From IMG/VR virus record IMGVR_UViG_3300028048_001320: a stretch of 64,000 bases of DNA; one strand, 5' to 3'. The stretch is from an uncultured virus (IMG/VR IMGVR_UViG_3300028048_001320) (lineage: Duplodnaviria > Heunggongvirae > Uroviricota > Caudoviricetes). The notes below the pieces were generated by a model. It had not been told where the DNA came from, ran no database searches, and was given only the letters and a program-made list of their open reading frames with translations. This document shows positions 9,581 to 19,735 of this stretch, piece by piece; position 1 is the first letter of the stretch; each line of letters opens with the position of its first letter. A program made the position numbers and the translations under genes.

Positions 9581-10656
9581 TAATTTTTAGCTAACTCTTC
9601 TGATACTGTTGTAACTTCCCAATGAGACATATCCCAGGGTTCAGGACTATCTATATTTGTAGTACATATATATAATAGTCCATTATAAATACAATAGTCA
9701 CCTATTCTATATAATGTATTTTGATTATATGCTTGTGTAGAAGTATGATTATTTACAGTTTGTTCATTATCTGCTAATAAAAAGCAAATTGGTCTATATA
9801 ATAAAGAATCTCGTTGTGGAGCGTCTGAGTCATATATGATTTGACCTTCACTGTCTTTATAACAGAAATAAGCTTCATTTAAAGATTCTGGACATAAACT
9901 AATATATCTTTGTCCATTGATAGTAAATACCATACCAGGTACTTCATTATCACCCATAACTTGCATATATATATTATTACTTAAAGACCCTTGTGGTAAG
10001 TAAACTTTAGATAAGGCAAGCGCGAATTGCACATCCCATCTTTGTACACTTGGTAAAGCACTTACATTACCTGGTAATCCATTATCTATAATCCATTGAA
10101 AGCTAGGTGGATAATAACTATTTGGAGTAGTAACATTTGAAGAATACATTTGATTTCTCCATGAATATCTCCATCTTCCATCTTCTTCCGCAGGAGTGCA
10201 AGCAATTAATGCATTTTGACTATAATGTTCTGCGTAATTTAATAATTGACAACTTATAGTAAATTCATTTTGCATATCTCTAGCAATATTCATTGTTTGT
10301 CCAGTAGGACCTGCTCCATCTGTCAAATAACTCGCATCAAAAGTTTTAAAGTTAATAATACAACCATTATTTTTTAATGCACAAAAAACTACTCCTGTTG
10401 TCCTAAATGTTGTAATGTCTCCTGTTGAAGGATCTCTAGACGGCCACCTTGAGATTGGGTCATAGAAGACACTAGTTTCATTTGAATCTAAAAATTCTGT
10501 TACTCCACTATTGTCATCCCATATCCAATAACAAGCTGAATCTTGGTCTGCATACCCCCAACGCATATGATTTTCTTCATCTATTACAAATCCAAGTTCC
10601 TCTAAATATGTCTTTAAATCAGAAGGGTATAAAAAGAATTTTTTATCATAAAACAT
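9580..10656 (-). CDS. Putative virion/tail protein with C-terminal carbohydrate-binding-like module
   Basis: YRIGDYCIYNGLLYICTT...PWDMSHW (CBM5/12-like); structural gene context. Confidence 0.55.
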   Translation of the reverse strand: MFYDKKFFLYPSDLKTYLEELGFVIDEENHMRWGYADQDSACYWIWDDNSGVTEFLDSNETSVFYDPISRWPSRDPSTGDITTFRTTGVVFCALKNNGCIINFKTFDASYLTDGAGPTGQTMNIARDMQNEFTISCQLLNYAEHYSQNALIACTPAEEDGRWRYSWRNQMYSSNVTTPNSYYPPSFQWIIDNGLPGNVSALPSVQRWDVQFALALSKVYLPQGSLSNNIYMQVMGDNEVPGMVFTINGQRYISLCPESLNEAYFCYKDSEGQIIYDSDAPQRDSLLYRPICFLLADNEQTVNNHTSTQAYNQNTLYRIGDYCIYNGLLYICTTNIDSPEPWDMSHWEVTTVSEELAKN

Positions 10657-10670
10657 ATCTCTGCCCTCCT

Positions 10671-11687
10671 TTAGTTACTTGGTAATTCAACTACAATATT
10701 TTCAAATACTTTCATAAAATTTCTATTATTTATAGTAAAGAAACTAGCTTCATCTGTAATTGTAGTTGGTGCAGTTGTCATAATATATAAATTATTTAAA
10801 AATGTATTTCCATAAGGGAACTTAACTAACGTACATACATTTCGAGCCAAATTTATATGAGATTGATAAAATGTATCTGCTGTTGCTTGTTGCGCTTTAG
10901 TTCCAATATTATTCTCTATAATTTGACTATATTGACTAAAATCTGGTATTGGCTCACGTAATGTTAAATTATTATCATTAACACTATCAATTATTCTTAT
11001 CCAACTTTTTCCAGTTCCATTATTTCCACCATATTTATATTTAGATAATATTAAATATATAAAATCATTTCCAATAATATCGTTCATAACAGGAATACCT
11101 AAAATATTAACACAGCTAGTATAAGAGCCAACTGTATTAAAATTTAGTTGTCGCCCTGCTGTTTTTTCATAATTTTCTTCATAACCCGTTCCAGTAGTCC
11201 ATAATTTAGGTATTTGACTTTTATCATTATCTATTTGATATCCTGAATTATCTTGACCATAATTTCTTTCATTAAAGAAAAATCCATTATTTTTTAAAGG
11301 AATAAAAAAAGTTTTGTATGTTTGATAAGTACCGGTTATAATACTATCTCCATAATTTCTCATTGCTGTTAAATTGTATCTCCCATTATGCCCATAAAAG
11401 TCCATTCCAGTTACACCATTGTTTGCAGCTTCACCCCATCCATCATTTGGTCTAAGCGTATTCCAATTTACAACAATATTATTAAAAGTTGAATTTGCAT
11501 AAGTATCATATTTCCATTTTATTTTTGCACTACTTGTATAATTATGTACTAAATTTTGAGTTCCATTTTGAGTATCATCAATTTCTGTGTTATCTGAATT
11601 AATAAAACCAAAATTTTTAAAATAATATAATATATTAGGTTGATTGTACCAATCATTTATACTCCATCCATGTCTCCAAAAATACAT
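10671..11687 (-). CDS. Putative virion/tail protein
   Basis: N/T/G-rich; C-terminus resembles part of the neighbouring ORF (LNNLYI...FTINNRNF vs LSNNIYM...FTINGQRY). Confidence 0.5.
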   Translation of the reverse strand: MYFWRHGWSINDWYNQPNILYYFKNFGFINSDNTEIDDTQNGTQNLVHNYTSSAKIKWKYDTYANSTFNNIVVNWNTLRPNDGWGEAANNGVTGMDFYGHNGRYNLTAMRNYGDSIITGTYQTYKTFFIPLKNNGFFFNERNYGQDNSGYQIDNDKSQIPKLWTTGTGYEENYEKTAGRQLNFNTVGSYTSCVNILGIPVMNDIIGNDFIYLILSKYKYGGNNGTGKSWIRIIDSVNDNNLTLREPIPDFSQYSQIIENNIGTKAQQATADTFYQSHINLARNVCTLVKFPYGNTFLNNLYIMTTAPTTITDEASFFTINNRNFMKVFENIVVELPSN

Positions 11688-11699
11688 TCCTTTTACCTC

Positions 11700-13163
11700 C
11701 TAATCTATATAAATTTCCATAATTTGAAATCTATTAGGAACAAAATTTCCTAAATAAATTCCTTCATTTGGATTAATTAAATACTCAATATCTTGTATTC
11801 GACTTGATTCAGTAAATGGTAATGTAAATTGTTGATATTTAGTAACTGCACCAGGTTTTGTATTTTTAATTACATCTGGAAGGGTAACTGTTTCACCTGT
11901 AAAGGTTCCAACTTCTAATTTTAGACTAGATTCATTCATTCCTTGTATAGCTTTAATTATAAAATGTATATGTCCATTTAATCCATTAAGATAACTAGAT
12001 TTAAATAATATACCTTCTCCATATTCATGATTTCCCATTGATGGATTTATAATTTCTTTATATGTGTTAGTAAGATTATTTTCATCTGTCGGGTCATCAT
12101 AATTATAATACATATCATAAAAATAAAAACCTCTAAGGTCATCTGAAAAGATACCATCTTTATATAAATATGTACGATTATGGAAAAAGTCATTTATATT
12201 TACAGCGGTTGCAGTTGCTGTTAATACAAGATTATCATCATTTAAACTTGGGTCTCCTTGTAAAATTCCATTTTCCGCAAAAGAATTCATGAAGTTACCA
12301 TTGGTAATTAATGCCTCTGTAGACATTAAATTATCTGTATTAGTATGGTCAAAAGGTATTAAAGTTTGTGAATTATTATAATAATATCCATACTTGCCTT
12401 CTGTGGATATACCAAATCTAAAATATTTATCTTCACCTTGATAAGAATATTTTAATCTATTTTCAAGATTTTCAACTCTTACTTCTAATTCTCTAAGTCT
12501 ATCAATTACATTATTTTTAAAAGTCTGAAAAGCGTCATTAATGACTTTATTTTGTACGGGATTAATTGAATTTGAATCAAAATGGTCGTCTACAAAAATT
12601 TGACCATCGCGCACCCATGCAAGAAAATCAGCTTCAGTTCCATAATGTCCATTTTCAAGCCAAATTTCATATGTTGATTTACCATCCTGTCCTCTTAATT
12701 CTTCAATTTGAGAAGGTGTTAATTCAACTTCGCCCATTGGACCTTGCGGGCCGGTCGGTCCTTGCGGTCCTTGAGGACCCATAAGTCCTTGAGGACCACG
12801 TATTTGTTCCAATTGAGCTGGCGTTAAATCATCAAAAGAAATAGATGTAGAACCCGCGGGACCACGTACATTAATGCCTGTATTTTCATTATTTACATAC
12901 ACCCAGCCCGCGCTGTCTATATAAATATTATCTCTATTCCAAAAATTTTCGTCTCCACTATATTCTAAACCATCCATAACAGTGGAGTCTTTTATATATA
13001 TATCTAAAGGCTTCCAATATTCAGGAGAGTAGTCTGGACGATTATTAATAGAAGTTTGTTCACATCTATAAATAATATAATCATATACTACTAAATCTCC
13101 TTCATTATATGTAATATTGTCATGCCAATCATTAGGTAAAGTTCGATTTATTGTTGTTGGCAT
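11700..13163 (-). CDS. Collagen-like tail fibre protein
   Basis: GPQ repeats, GINVRGPAG, DGKSTYEIWL...FLAW, NPVQNKVI. Confidence 0.75.
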   Translation of the reverse strand: MPTTINRTLPNDWHDNITYNEGDLVVYDYIIYRCEQTSINNRPDYSPEYWKPLDIYIKDSTVMDGLEYSGDENFWNRDNIYIDSAGWVYVNNENTGINVRGPAGSTSISFDDLTPAQLEQIRGPQGLMGPQGPQGPTGPQGPMGEVELTPSQIEELRGQDGKSTYEIWLENGHYGTEADFLAWVRDGQIFVDDHFDSNSINPVQNKVINDAFQTFKNNVIDRLRELEVRVENLENRLKYSYQGEDKYFRFGISTEGKYGYYYNNSQTLIPFDHTNTDNLMSTEALITNGNFMNSFAENGILQGDPSLNDDNLVLTATATAVNINDFFHNRTYLYKDGIFSDDLRGFYFYDMYYNYDDPTDENNLTNTYKEIINPSMGNHEYGEGILFKSSYLNGLNGHIHFIIKAIQGMNESSLKLEVGTFTGETVTLPDVIKNTKPGAVTKYQQFTLPFTESSRIQDIEYLINPNEGIYLGNFVPNRFQIMEIYID

Positions 13164-13182
13164 AATTTAATCTCCTTCAATT

Positions 13183-13560
13183 TTATACTTCTGATACCCA
13201 ACTATAAGTTGGAACTCCACTAGATATAGTTAATTGTAATATATAGGTGCCATCTGTATCTGGCGCGCTTGGTATTGTAAGTAAATCAGCAATTGTAGTA
13301 GTTTCCCATTTTTCAGAATCCCATTCTCCATATACTTCATCATCTATACATTTATATAAAGCTTTATTATATATTACAATATCGCCAGTATTATAAGCAT
13401 TAGAAGAAGTTGTTGTAGCATCATATAAAGGTGCAATATTATTTTGAGTATAATATAGAACTTCATCTATTGTATCCATGTTTGAATTAATTGGAGCGAT
13501 ACTTGCTGATTCTCCAATTGCCGGCTTAATTAAATTATAATATGTAGTAGTTGTTGCCAT
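13183..13560 (-). CDS. Tail-associated protein with CBM-like module
   Basis: YNLIKP...NMDTID; YNTGDIVIYNKALYKC...WDSEKW. Confidence 0.6.
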   Translation of the reverse strand: MATTTTYYNLIKPAIGESASIAPINSNMDTIDEVLYYTQNNIAPLYDATTTSSNAYNTGDIVIYNKALYKCIDDEVYGEWDSEKWETTTIADLLTIPSAPDTDGTYILQLTISSGVPTYSWVSEV

Positions 13561-13580
13561 TTTTATCCTCCTTTTATCTC

Positions 13581-15320
13581 TTACCAAGTAAATTTATTTT
13601 CTACTTGTGACCATGTAAAATTACCTAATTCACCCCATGCCATATCTGCTGTTGATGATAATAATTTAATATATAAATCGTCTTTATCAACGCCAAGATA
13701 ATATGTTTTATAAGTATAAGTATCATCTATGAACATTCTTGGATTAGTAAGACTATTTACAATATTAGTTAAAAACTGTACTTGAGCAGTTAACTCTCTT
13801 ACTTGATTTTGTAATATATCAACTTGAGGTAAAATAATACCTCCATCAGGGTCAAATCCATGTGCAACAAGATAATCATATAAGTCACCTGATTTAATTA
13901 AATTATCACTATTTTGAGTTGGAACTTCATCATAATTTAAAATATCTTGTTTAGCATTTAATGCATTACCTTCACCATCTATAAAAGTTCCTTCCGCATA
14001 TGAATTACCATTTTTATTAACACGAAAAGCATTTTTATAAGTGCTTCCGCTACCATTTCCAATTTCAAATAAATCATTTTCAATATTTAAATTATTTCTA
14101 CCTATTATAGTTTGATAACTATAATTAGTTGTTAAATTATTTCCATATAATAAACAATACTCAGCATTGTCATCTATTGTATTATTATTATTTGTTAAAA
14201 TATTGCGACTAGGATTAAGTTTTAATGCAGTTGTAAAATTAGCTTGTGAAAGAATACCATTTATTAAAGAATAAGGATGAAAAAAGCTAAAGAAATCATC
14301 ACTTGATACTTGAGTTTGATTAGGTTTACCATTTTGATAAGCTAAATCATTAATCGCATTAGCAATAGCCGCATTAGTTACAGGATTTAAAGAGCTTGTA
14401 TTTAATGACGTATCTACTGTATAATTGTCTAAGAAATTTTTATATTGTGTAGTAAAATCTTCTGTAGATAATCCTTTTCCTGATACTTTATCTACTTTTG
14501 CGGATAAAGTATTATTGTTTCCATCTTTTATTTCTCCTGCAACGGTTAAATTACCTGTTTTACTTAACCATAAGGCATTTGAACGACTACCTTCTGAGCC
14601 ATTACCTATTTCTAATATTGAATTAGTTTCCGTTTTATTGTATACACCAAAAGCAACTTGATATGGATTTGCGGCAACGGTATTATTACCAGTTGTAAAA
14701 CTATAATTACCAGAAGCATTTGTTCTATATCCTGATGCAAGAGAGCCAATTCCAGAAGCAGTATTATATAAACCTTTATAATTTAAAATTAATGAACCTC
14801 CACCAGTACCAGCTTTAATTAAACTATCTTGAATATTAGCTAAATAAGCATAAAATTCAGAATGAGGATGTTCTTCAGGATGGTCACTCCATCCATTATC
14901 TGCAAGCCATAACTGATAAGCATCTAAACCATCTTTTCCGTTTGTACCATTGACACCATTCGTGCCATTGATACCATCTATACCTGGCTCACCTTTTAAA
15001 GTAGCTTTCTGCGCGGGAGTTAGTTCATCAAAACTTAAATGTGAAGCACCAGCGGGTCCACGCACGTTAATTCCTGTATTTTGACCATTATAAAAGATAT
15101 ATCCATTAATATCTATTGTAATAGGGTAGTCTGTCCAAAAATCGTTTGTTGGACCTGTATTATTTGGATCCATGTCCATCATTGATTTTTCAATAGTAGA
15201 CATAGGAAAATAATATGGTTCATTATTATCTGATGTAGGAGACCCTTGTCGAACATTAGGAGTATCTCCTTGACCATATAAATCATAATCATCTGTGTCA
15301 ACTGTCCAATTATTAGGCAT
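13581..15320 (-). CDS. Tail fibre/adhesin-like protein
   Basis: GxNG collagen-like stretch, YadA-head-like ASG repeats, EIGNG...NA repeats, KVDKVSGKGLSTEDFT. Confidence 0.75.
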   Translation of the reverse strand: MPNNWTVDTDDYDLYGQGDTPNVRQGSPTSDNNEPYYFPMSTIEKSMMDMDPNNTGPTNDFWTDYPITIDINGYIFYNGQNTGINVRGPAGASHLSFDELTPAQKATLKGEPGIDGINGTNGVNGTNGKDGLDAYQLWLADNGWSDHPEEHPHSEFYAYLANIQDSLIKAGTGGGSLILNYKGLYNTASGIGSLASGYRTNASGNYSFTTGNNTVAANPYQVAFGVYNKTETNSILEIGNGSEGSRSNALWLSKTGNLTVAGEIKDGNNNTLSAKVDKVSGKGLSTEDFTTQYKNFLDNYTVDTSLNTSSLNPVTNAAIANAINDLAYQNGKPNQTQVSSDDFFSFFHPYSLINGILSQANFTTALKLNPSRNILTNNNNTIDDNAEYCLLYGNNLTTNYSYQTIIGRNNLNIENDLFEIGNGSGSTYKNAFRVNKNGNSYAEGTFIDGEGNALNAKQDILNYDEVPTQNSDNLIKSGDLYDYLVAHGFDPDGGIILPQVDILQNQVRELTAQVQFLTNIVNSLTNPRMFIDDTYTYKTYYLGVDKDDLYIKLLSSTADMAWGELGNFTWSQVENKFTW

Positions 15321-15447
15321 TGATAGAATCTCCTTTCTTTTTAATATATATTATATTATAAAAAATAATATACTTCATTAATTAATTATGTCCTTGAAAT
15401 AAAAAAATTGCGGAAGTTGCTAGAAAAATAGCAACTTCCGCCCTTTG

Positions 15448-15666
15448 TTAAATTTCAGGTTCTACTTCTTCTATTGTAATTGTATTAGTAATAATACAAT
15501 TCTTTACAACTTTAATATCACCTAAAACATAAGAATTAAGTAATTCTACAACTTTAGTTTGAACATTTGTTAAATCATCTTCTACATAAATAGTGCCATC
15601 TTGATTAGTTAAAAATTTCCATTTAACTTGACTTGATGTAGCAGTTTTAATTAAAATTGAATACAT
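15448..15666 (-). CDS. Hypothetical protein
   Basis: 72 aa, GGAGG RBS. Confidence 0.55.
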   Translation of the reverse strand: MYSILIKTATSSQVKWKFLTNQDGTIYVEDDLTNVQTKVVELLNSYVLGDIKVVKNCIITNTITIEEVEPEI

Positions 15667-15670
15667 TATT

Positions 15671-16225
15671 TTAAACCTCCTTGCACATTTCTTTATACTT
15701 TTTATGTAAACTCTTTTGTTCTTCTATGATAACATTCATATCATAGTCAATAGAGAGTTTATTTAATTGATATTTTTCTGCGGTTTGCAATTCTTCTTCA
15801 ACTTCTTTTATTAAATTACAAATTTCAGTAGCTGCCGCAAACTCACCTAAATCTATCAATTCTTTATACATTTTTTCGTATAATGTGCAAGTGCTACCTT
15901 CCCATTTTACCCATTCATTGAGTCCATTTTTTACTCCATCGCGCTTAGTGTTTATGTCAACCTGTTGTCTATAATAACCTAACCATCCTTGTGGAATTAT
16001 GTTAGGGTTTTCAAAACGAAATTCGGGTAAAAGTTTATTATATTTTTTAATGTAGTAATGGTATAATTTTCTATAACAGCGACTTTCACTTAGAAAATGA
16101 TATTCGTGGCATCTTCTATAGCCTTGTAAACCTAAAAAATCATAATAGTTGGCTAATTGTTCATGAACCATTAACCCCTTTACCATATGATTAAGTATTT
16201 TTGTAAAAATTTCTTCAGGTGTCAT
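15671..16225 (-). CDS. Ferritin-like/spore-coat-like protein
   Basis: HMVKGLMVHEQLANYYDFLGLQGYRRCHEYH; helical, His/Glu-rich. Confidence 0.55.
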   Translation of the reverse strand: MTPEEIFTKILNHMVKGLMVHEQLANYYDFLGLQGYRRCHEYHFLSESRCYRKLYHYYIKKYNKLLPEFRFENPNIIPQGWLGYYRQQVDINTKRDGVKNGLNEWVKWEGSTCTLYEKMYKELIDLGEFAAATEICNLIKEVEEELQTAEKYQLNKLSIDYDMNVIIEEQKSLHKKYKEMCKEV

Positions 16226-16442
16226 TTTCTAATTTCTCCAATCTTTGTAATATATTATCAAGTTTATTATCTTGATTACTTAAATGATTATGAATTTCTT
16301 CTAAAAGAACTTCAGCTCTTGTTGCAAAATCATGTTGTAAATCTTGCATATCACCTTGTGTTATGTTTTCATCTAAATTCATAAGACATATACAAAAGCT
16401 TGCTATGCTAAGTAAGTCTAAAAATTCTAATTGATTTTTCAT
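16215..16442 (-). CDS. Small coiled-coil protein of the conserved cassette
   Basis: FLDLLSIASF...NLDEN...HNHLSNQDNKLDNIL. Confidence 0.6.
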   Translation of the reverse strand: MKNQLEFLDLLSIASFCICLMNLDENITQGDMQDLQHDFATRAEVLLEEIHNHLSNQDNKLDNILQRLEKLENDT

Positions 16443-16443
16443 A

Positions 16444-16848
16444 TTAGCATAACTTTGTTATTACAATATTGGCAATTGGAAATTCACCAGCAGCACTATT
16501 GATTACTTGTATATTAGTAGGACTTGTACAACAGCTACAAGTATTATTCTCTTGAACTTGAACTAAAGTACAAAAACTCATATTAGTTGGAGTAGCTGCA
16601 GTACCTTGTTCTATAGCAATAGCTTCAGGTTGTAATATACCATTTTTACTTAATTGAATTGATACTTCGCCTGCGGCGGTCGGTGCTAAACTGACATCAC
16701 ATGATACCATGTAAATACCGGCTTTGTTAAGTTGAAAAGTTGCGGGTCCAGCTTGTACAGCACTACATCCTTTCTTTAAAACTATATTATTAAAAGGTAT
16801 AGCTGTATCAGCTTCCACAGTAATATTTGTACTATAAGCTTGAATCAT
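16444..16848 (-). CDS. BclA C-terminal/C1q-like beta protein
   Basis: AIPFNN...FQLNKAGIYMV...ANIVITKL. Confidence 0.55.
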   Translation of the reverse strand: MIQAYSTNITVEADTAIPFNNIVLKKGCSAVQAGPATFQLNKAGIYMVSCDVSLAPTAAGEVSIQLSKNGILQPEAIAIEQGTAATPTNMSFCTLVQVQENNTCSCCTSPTNIQVINSAAGEFPIANIVITKLC

Positions 16849-16934
16849 CGTTCTTTTCCTCCATATATAAAAAAATCGGGTGTACTTAAAAATAAGTACA
16901 CCCGTGTTGTTTTAGGCGTACTAAATACGCTCGA

Positions 16935-17588
16935 TTACATCATTCCACAATTGCATCCACAGAAAGGACTAATGCCAGCATTATATGTCCAAGCATTAGG
17001 ATATCTTACAACTCCAGCCATAGCATTTTGGAGTTGAAGTTCATTAATCTGATTCTGCATATCTGCTATTCTATTTCCAGAAATCATATCTTTAACGCTC
17101 TGAATTTGTGCTGTAAAATTAGCATTTGTTGCAGCATCGCGCATAGCTCCATCATAATTAGATTGCATAATCATCTGTTTTGTTTCGCAGCAGCATTCAT
17201 TAGCTTTTGCAAGCTGATTAGCTTGACCTACCGCTAATCCAGCAATATCTCTTTCTATTTCATTATAGAGATTCTGATTAGCCATTAAACTATCATGGAA
17301 TGTTTGATTTGTAGCAGCTACTGACTGAGCTGTTCCTGCATTAACTGCTGCAAGAATATCTCTAGTTTGTGCTTGAAGATTTTGATTGTCAAATCCTCTC
17401 TGTACTTCATTTGAAGTTGCAAGGTTTTCATAACCTATAGCATTAGCAAAGTTATTATTACCCCAGCCGCCAAATCCTCCGCCCATAAGCGCAAGAATTG
17501 CAAAAAGCCAGATAAAGGAATTATTTCCAAGTCCTCCATCATTAAGTAAAGCAACATCAGAAGCTGATAATCCTGTTCCTTCTCCCAT
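16935..17588 (-). CDS. Gly-rich membrane/coiled-coil protein (spore-coat-like phage family)
   Basis: IWLFAILALMGGGFGGWG, VQRGFDNQ, ECCCETK, C-terminal CGCNCG. Confidence 0.65.
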   Translation of the reverse strand: MGEGTGLSASDVALLNDGGLGNNSFIWLFAILALMGGGFGGWGNNNFANAIGYENLATSNEVQRGFDNQNLQAQTRDILAAVNAGTAQSVAATNQTFHDSLMANQNLYNEIERDIAGLAVGQANQLAKANECCCETKQMIMQSNYDGAMRDAATNANFTAQIQSVKDMISGNRIADMQNQINELQLQNAMAGVVRYPNAWTYNAGISPFCGCNCGMM

Positions 17589-17634
17589 CGTTTTTTCCTT
17601 CTAAAAAATATATTTATATTATAGAGCGCGCACT

Positions 17635-17901
17635 CTATTTAAACATATTTAAAACTGAGTCTGGGTCGACTCCTTTTTCTTCAGCTAATTTATAAAAGAT
17701 ATTTTTCATATCTCCTCCGTTCTGCTGAACCATATTAAAGACCTCTTTTATTTTTGGGTCTGATTGTATCATATTTTGAATATAAGCTGTAGGATTTATA
17801 GCCATTTTACATTCTTGAAATTTTCTTTGTAAGAAATTCATTTTTGGCTTAGTTTGCTGTCCTTTTGATAATTGGTTTAATTGTTGAAATAGTTGATTCA
17901 T
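17635..17901 (-). CDS. Small Q/M/N-rich protein of the cassette
   Basis: NPTAYIQNM...FYKLAEEKGVDP. Confidence 0.6.
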   Translation of the reverse strand: MNQLFQQLNQLSKGQQTKPKMNFLQRKFQECKMAINPTAYIQNMIQSDPKIKEVFNMVQQNGGDMKNIFYKLAEEKGVDPDSVLNMFK

Positions 17902-18307
17902 CTTGTATTACCTCGCTTTCTTGAATATTTGATTGAGGTAAAATAGACATAATTAAACTCTGTAATTCATCTTTACGAACATAATCTGATAATTTTGCGG
18001 GCTGCTCATCTTCTTGAATTTCTGTTAATTCAAATTTTCTTAATTTTGTTGCACCTAATTCATCTGCAATTTTAATATATGCACGATTTTCAATTTCACT
18101 ATCAAGCATAATTACTTTTGCATTAGGTTGTAACATAAATGCTTTAGCGCCTTCAATGCCTTGCACCCATATTAGGTTATTTCCCGTTCCTTGAACTGGC
18201 GTCGTGTTGTAATTACCCGCCATCCCGCGAGAGCCAAAAAAATTGGAATAATCTTGTTGTCCGTAAGGAGACATAAGACTATTCCCATATTGTTGAGTTA
18301 TATTCAT
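17849..18307 (-). CDS. Conserved cassette protein
   Basis: LIWVQGIEGAKAF...LDSE...YIKIADELG...YVRKDEL; start moved to MNITQQ behind AGGAGG. Confidence 0.65.
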   Translation of the reverse strand: MNITQQYGNSLMSPYGQQDYSNFFGSRGMAGNYNTTPVQGTGNNLIWVQGIEGAKAFMLQPNAKVIMLDSEIENRAYIKIADELGATKLRKFELTEIQEDEQPAKLSDYVRKDELQSLIMSILPQSNIQESEVIQDESTISTIKPIIKRTAN

Positions 18308-18508
18308 GTCGTTCTTCCTCCTTAAACTCCATATGGAGCATATAAACGGAAGCAATAGAATATATTGTTTTCCGTTCATATACTCTATGCCATAATCTAA
18401 TAGATGAGGCAGATTAAATTATTCTCTACCCCATCTATTATAATTAAAATTTTTGTGCTATAATTTTATATAAAATGTCCTTATTGGTAAAAAAATTTTT
18501 TATTTATT

Positions 18509-19723
18509 TTATGTTGTTTTGGTATACCGTATGGTTGTTCTTAAGGTTACTTGTCCAGAAGAACCAAGGTCTCTAAAATAATGACGAGTATATCCAGAAG
18601 TATGATTGTATGAAACAGTTATATACGGAGCTACAAATGAAACAGTTCCACTACTTAAATATCCACTACATACTATATCAACTATATCCTTTATTCCAGT
18701 TATTTGAATATCATTTACCCAATCCGATGGATTTGGAGCTAAGTTGTCAATTATATAACTCTTTTCATACAGCGTTTCGCCGAACCATGTGCCAATCACT
18801 TTTTCATCACCATTATAAGTAACCATCGGCACACCTAATGTTCCATAACTGCCAGAACCCGGAGTGTCACTATTTTTAGTATACTGAATTGTAACACGAT
18901 TGATAGTAACTGATGTGCCACCATTGATGTTTGGTCGAATATTTATATCGTCATTATCAACAGCTATCATAGCTGTGAAAAATTCGCCACTGTTTCTATA
19001 ATATGAAAAATCACTAAATTCATAATTAGCAGAACCAAGACCAAATATTCCTTCATAGTGTGTTATATTAATTCCAGTACCAGTAGTGTTTAATAGATTA
19101 TTAGTCCATGTATTATCTGGGACAGTCATGTTATTTAAATCATATGTCTTTTGATATAGCGGTTTATCATCAATCCATACACCTATTTCTTTTTCTTCGG
19201 TACTGAATATTTGTGGTGCGAGAGTACCGCAAAATTTAATACCTTGTATCTTATGATATATTGCAGGTGTTGCTGATGCGGTTGACTTGACGGTTATACT
19301 TGTATCACTTGTGTAATTTATAAATGCAATTAAAGCAACTGAATTAGCATAAAAATATCCAGTTAACATATAATCTTGTCCAATTACCATAGAATCTGTT
19401 TGGAAAGTTGCGATTTCTTTATATGTTGCATTTGTAGCTGTAAGCGTAATTACAATAACATCATAATCTGAAACTTTATGATTTAAAGCAACCTCTGTTC
19501 CTGCTGTTGGTGGAGTAATTGTACCCTCCCATAAGGTATCAACTATCTTGACACTTCTACCATCGCCACCACTACCACTACCAGCTATGTCATATATTGT
19601 ACTGTCTATTTCAATTGTATTTAAAGTATCCGTAGGTATACCTTGCGGATTTGGAATTACCGATGAACCACCACCCCCGCCTCCACCAGAATAACTTATA
19701 TCATTTAACATTAGTTTTCCCAT
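18509..19723 (-). CDS. Tail fibre/receptor-binding protein
   Basis: Gly linker, PNPQG-PTDTLNTIEID module, two EKxIGxW...LYQKT domains. Confidence 0.7.
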   Translation of the reverse strand: MGKLMLNDISYSGGGGGGGSSVIPNPQGIPTDTLNTIEIDSTIYDIAGSGSGGDGRSVKIVDTLWEGTITPPTAGTEVALNHKVSDYDVIVITLTATNATYKEIATFQTDSMVIGQDYMLTGYFYANSVALIAFINYTSDTSITVKSTASATPAIYHKIQGIKFCGTLAPQIFSTEEKEIGVWIDDKPLYQKTYDLNNMTVPDNTWTNNLLNTTGTGINITHYEGIFGLGSANYEFSDFSYYRNSGEFFTAMIAVDNDDINIRPNINGGTSVTINRVTIQYTKNSDTPGSGSYGTLGVPMVTYNGDEKVIGTWFGETLYEKSYIIDNLAPNPSDWVNDIQITGIKDIVDIVCSGYLSSGTVSFVAPYITVSYNHTSGYTRHYFRDLGSSGQVTLRTTIRYTKTT

Positions 19724-19735
19724 TTTTCATTCTCC

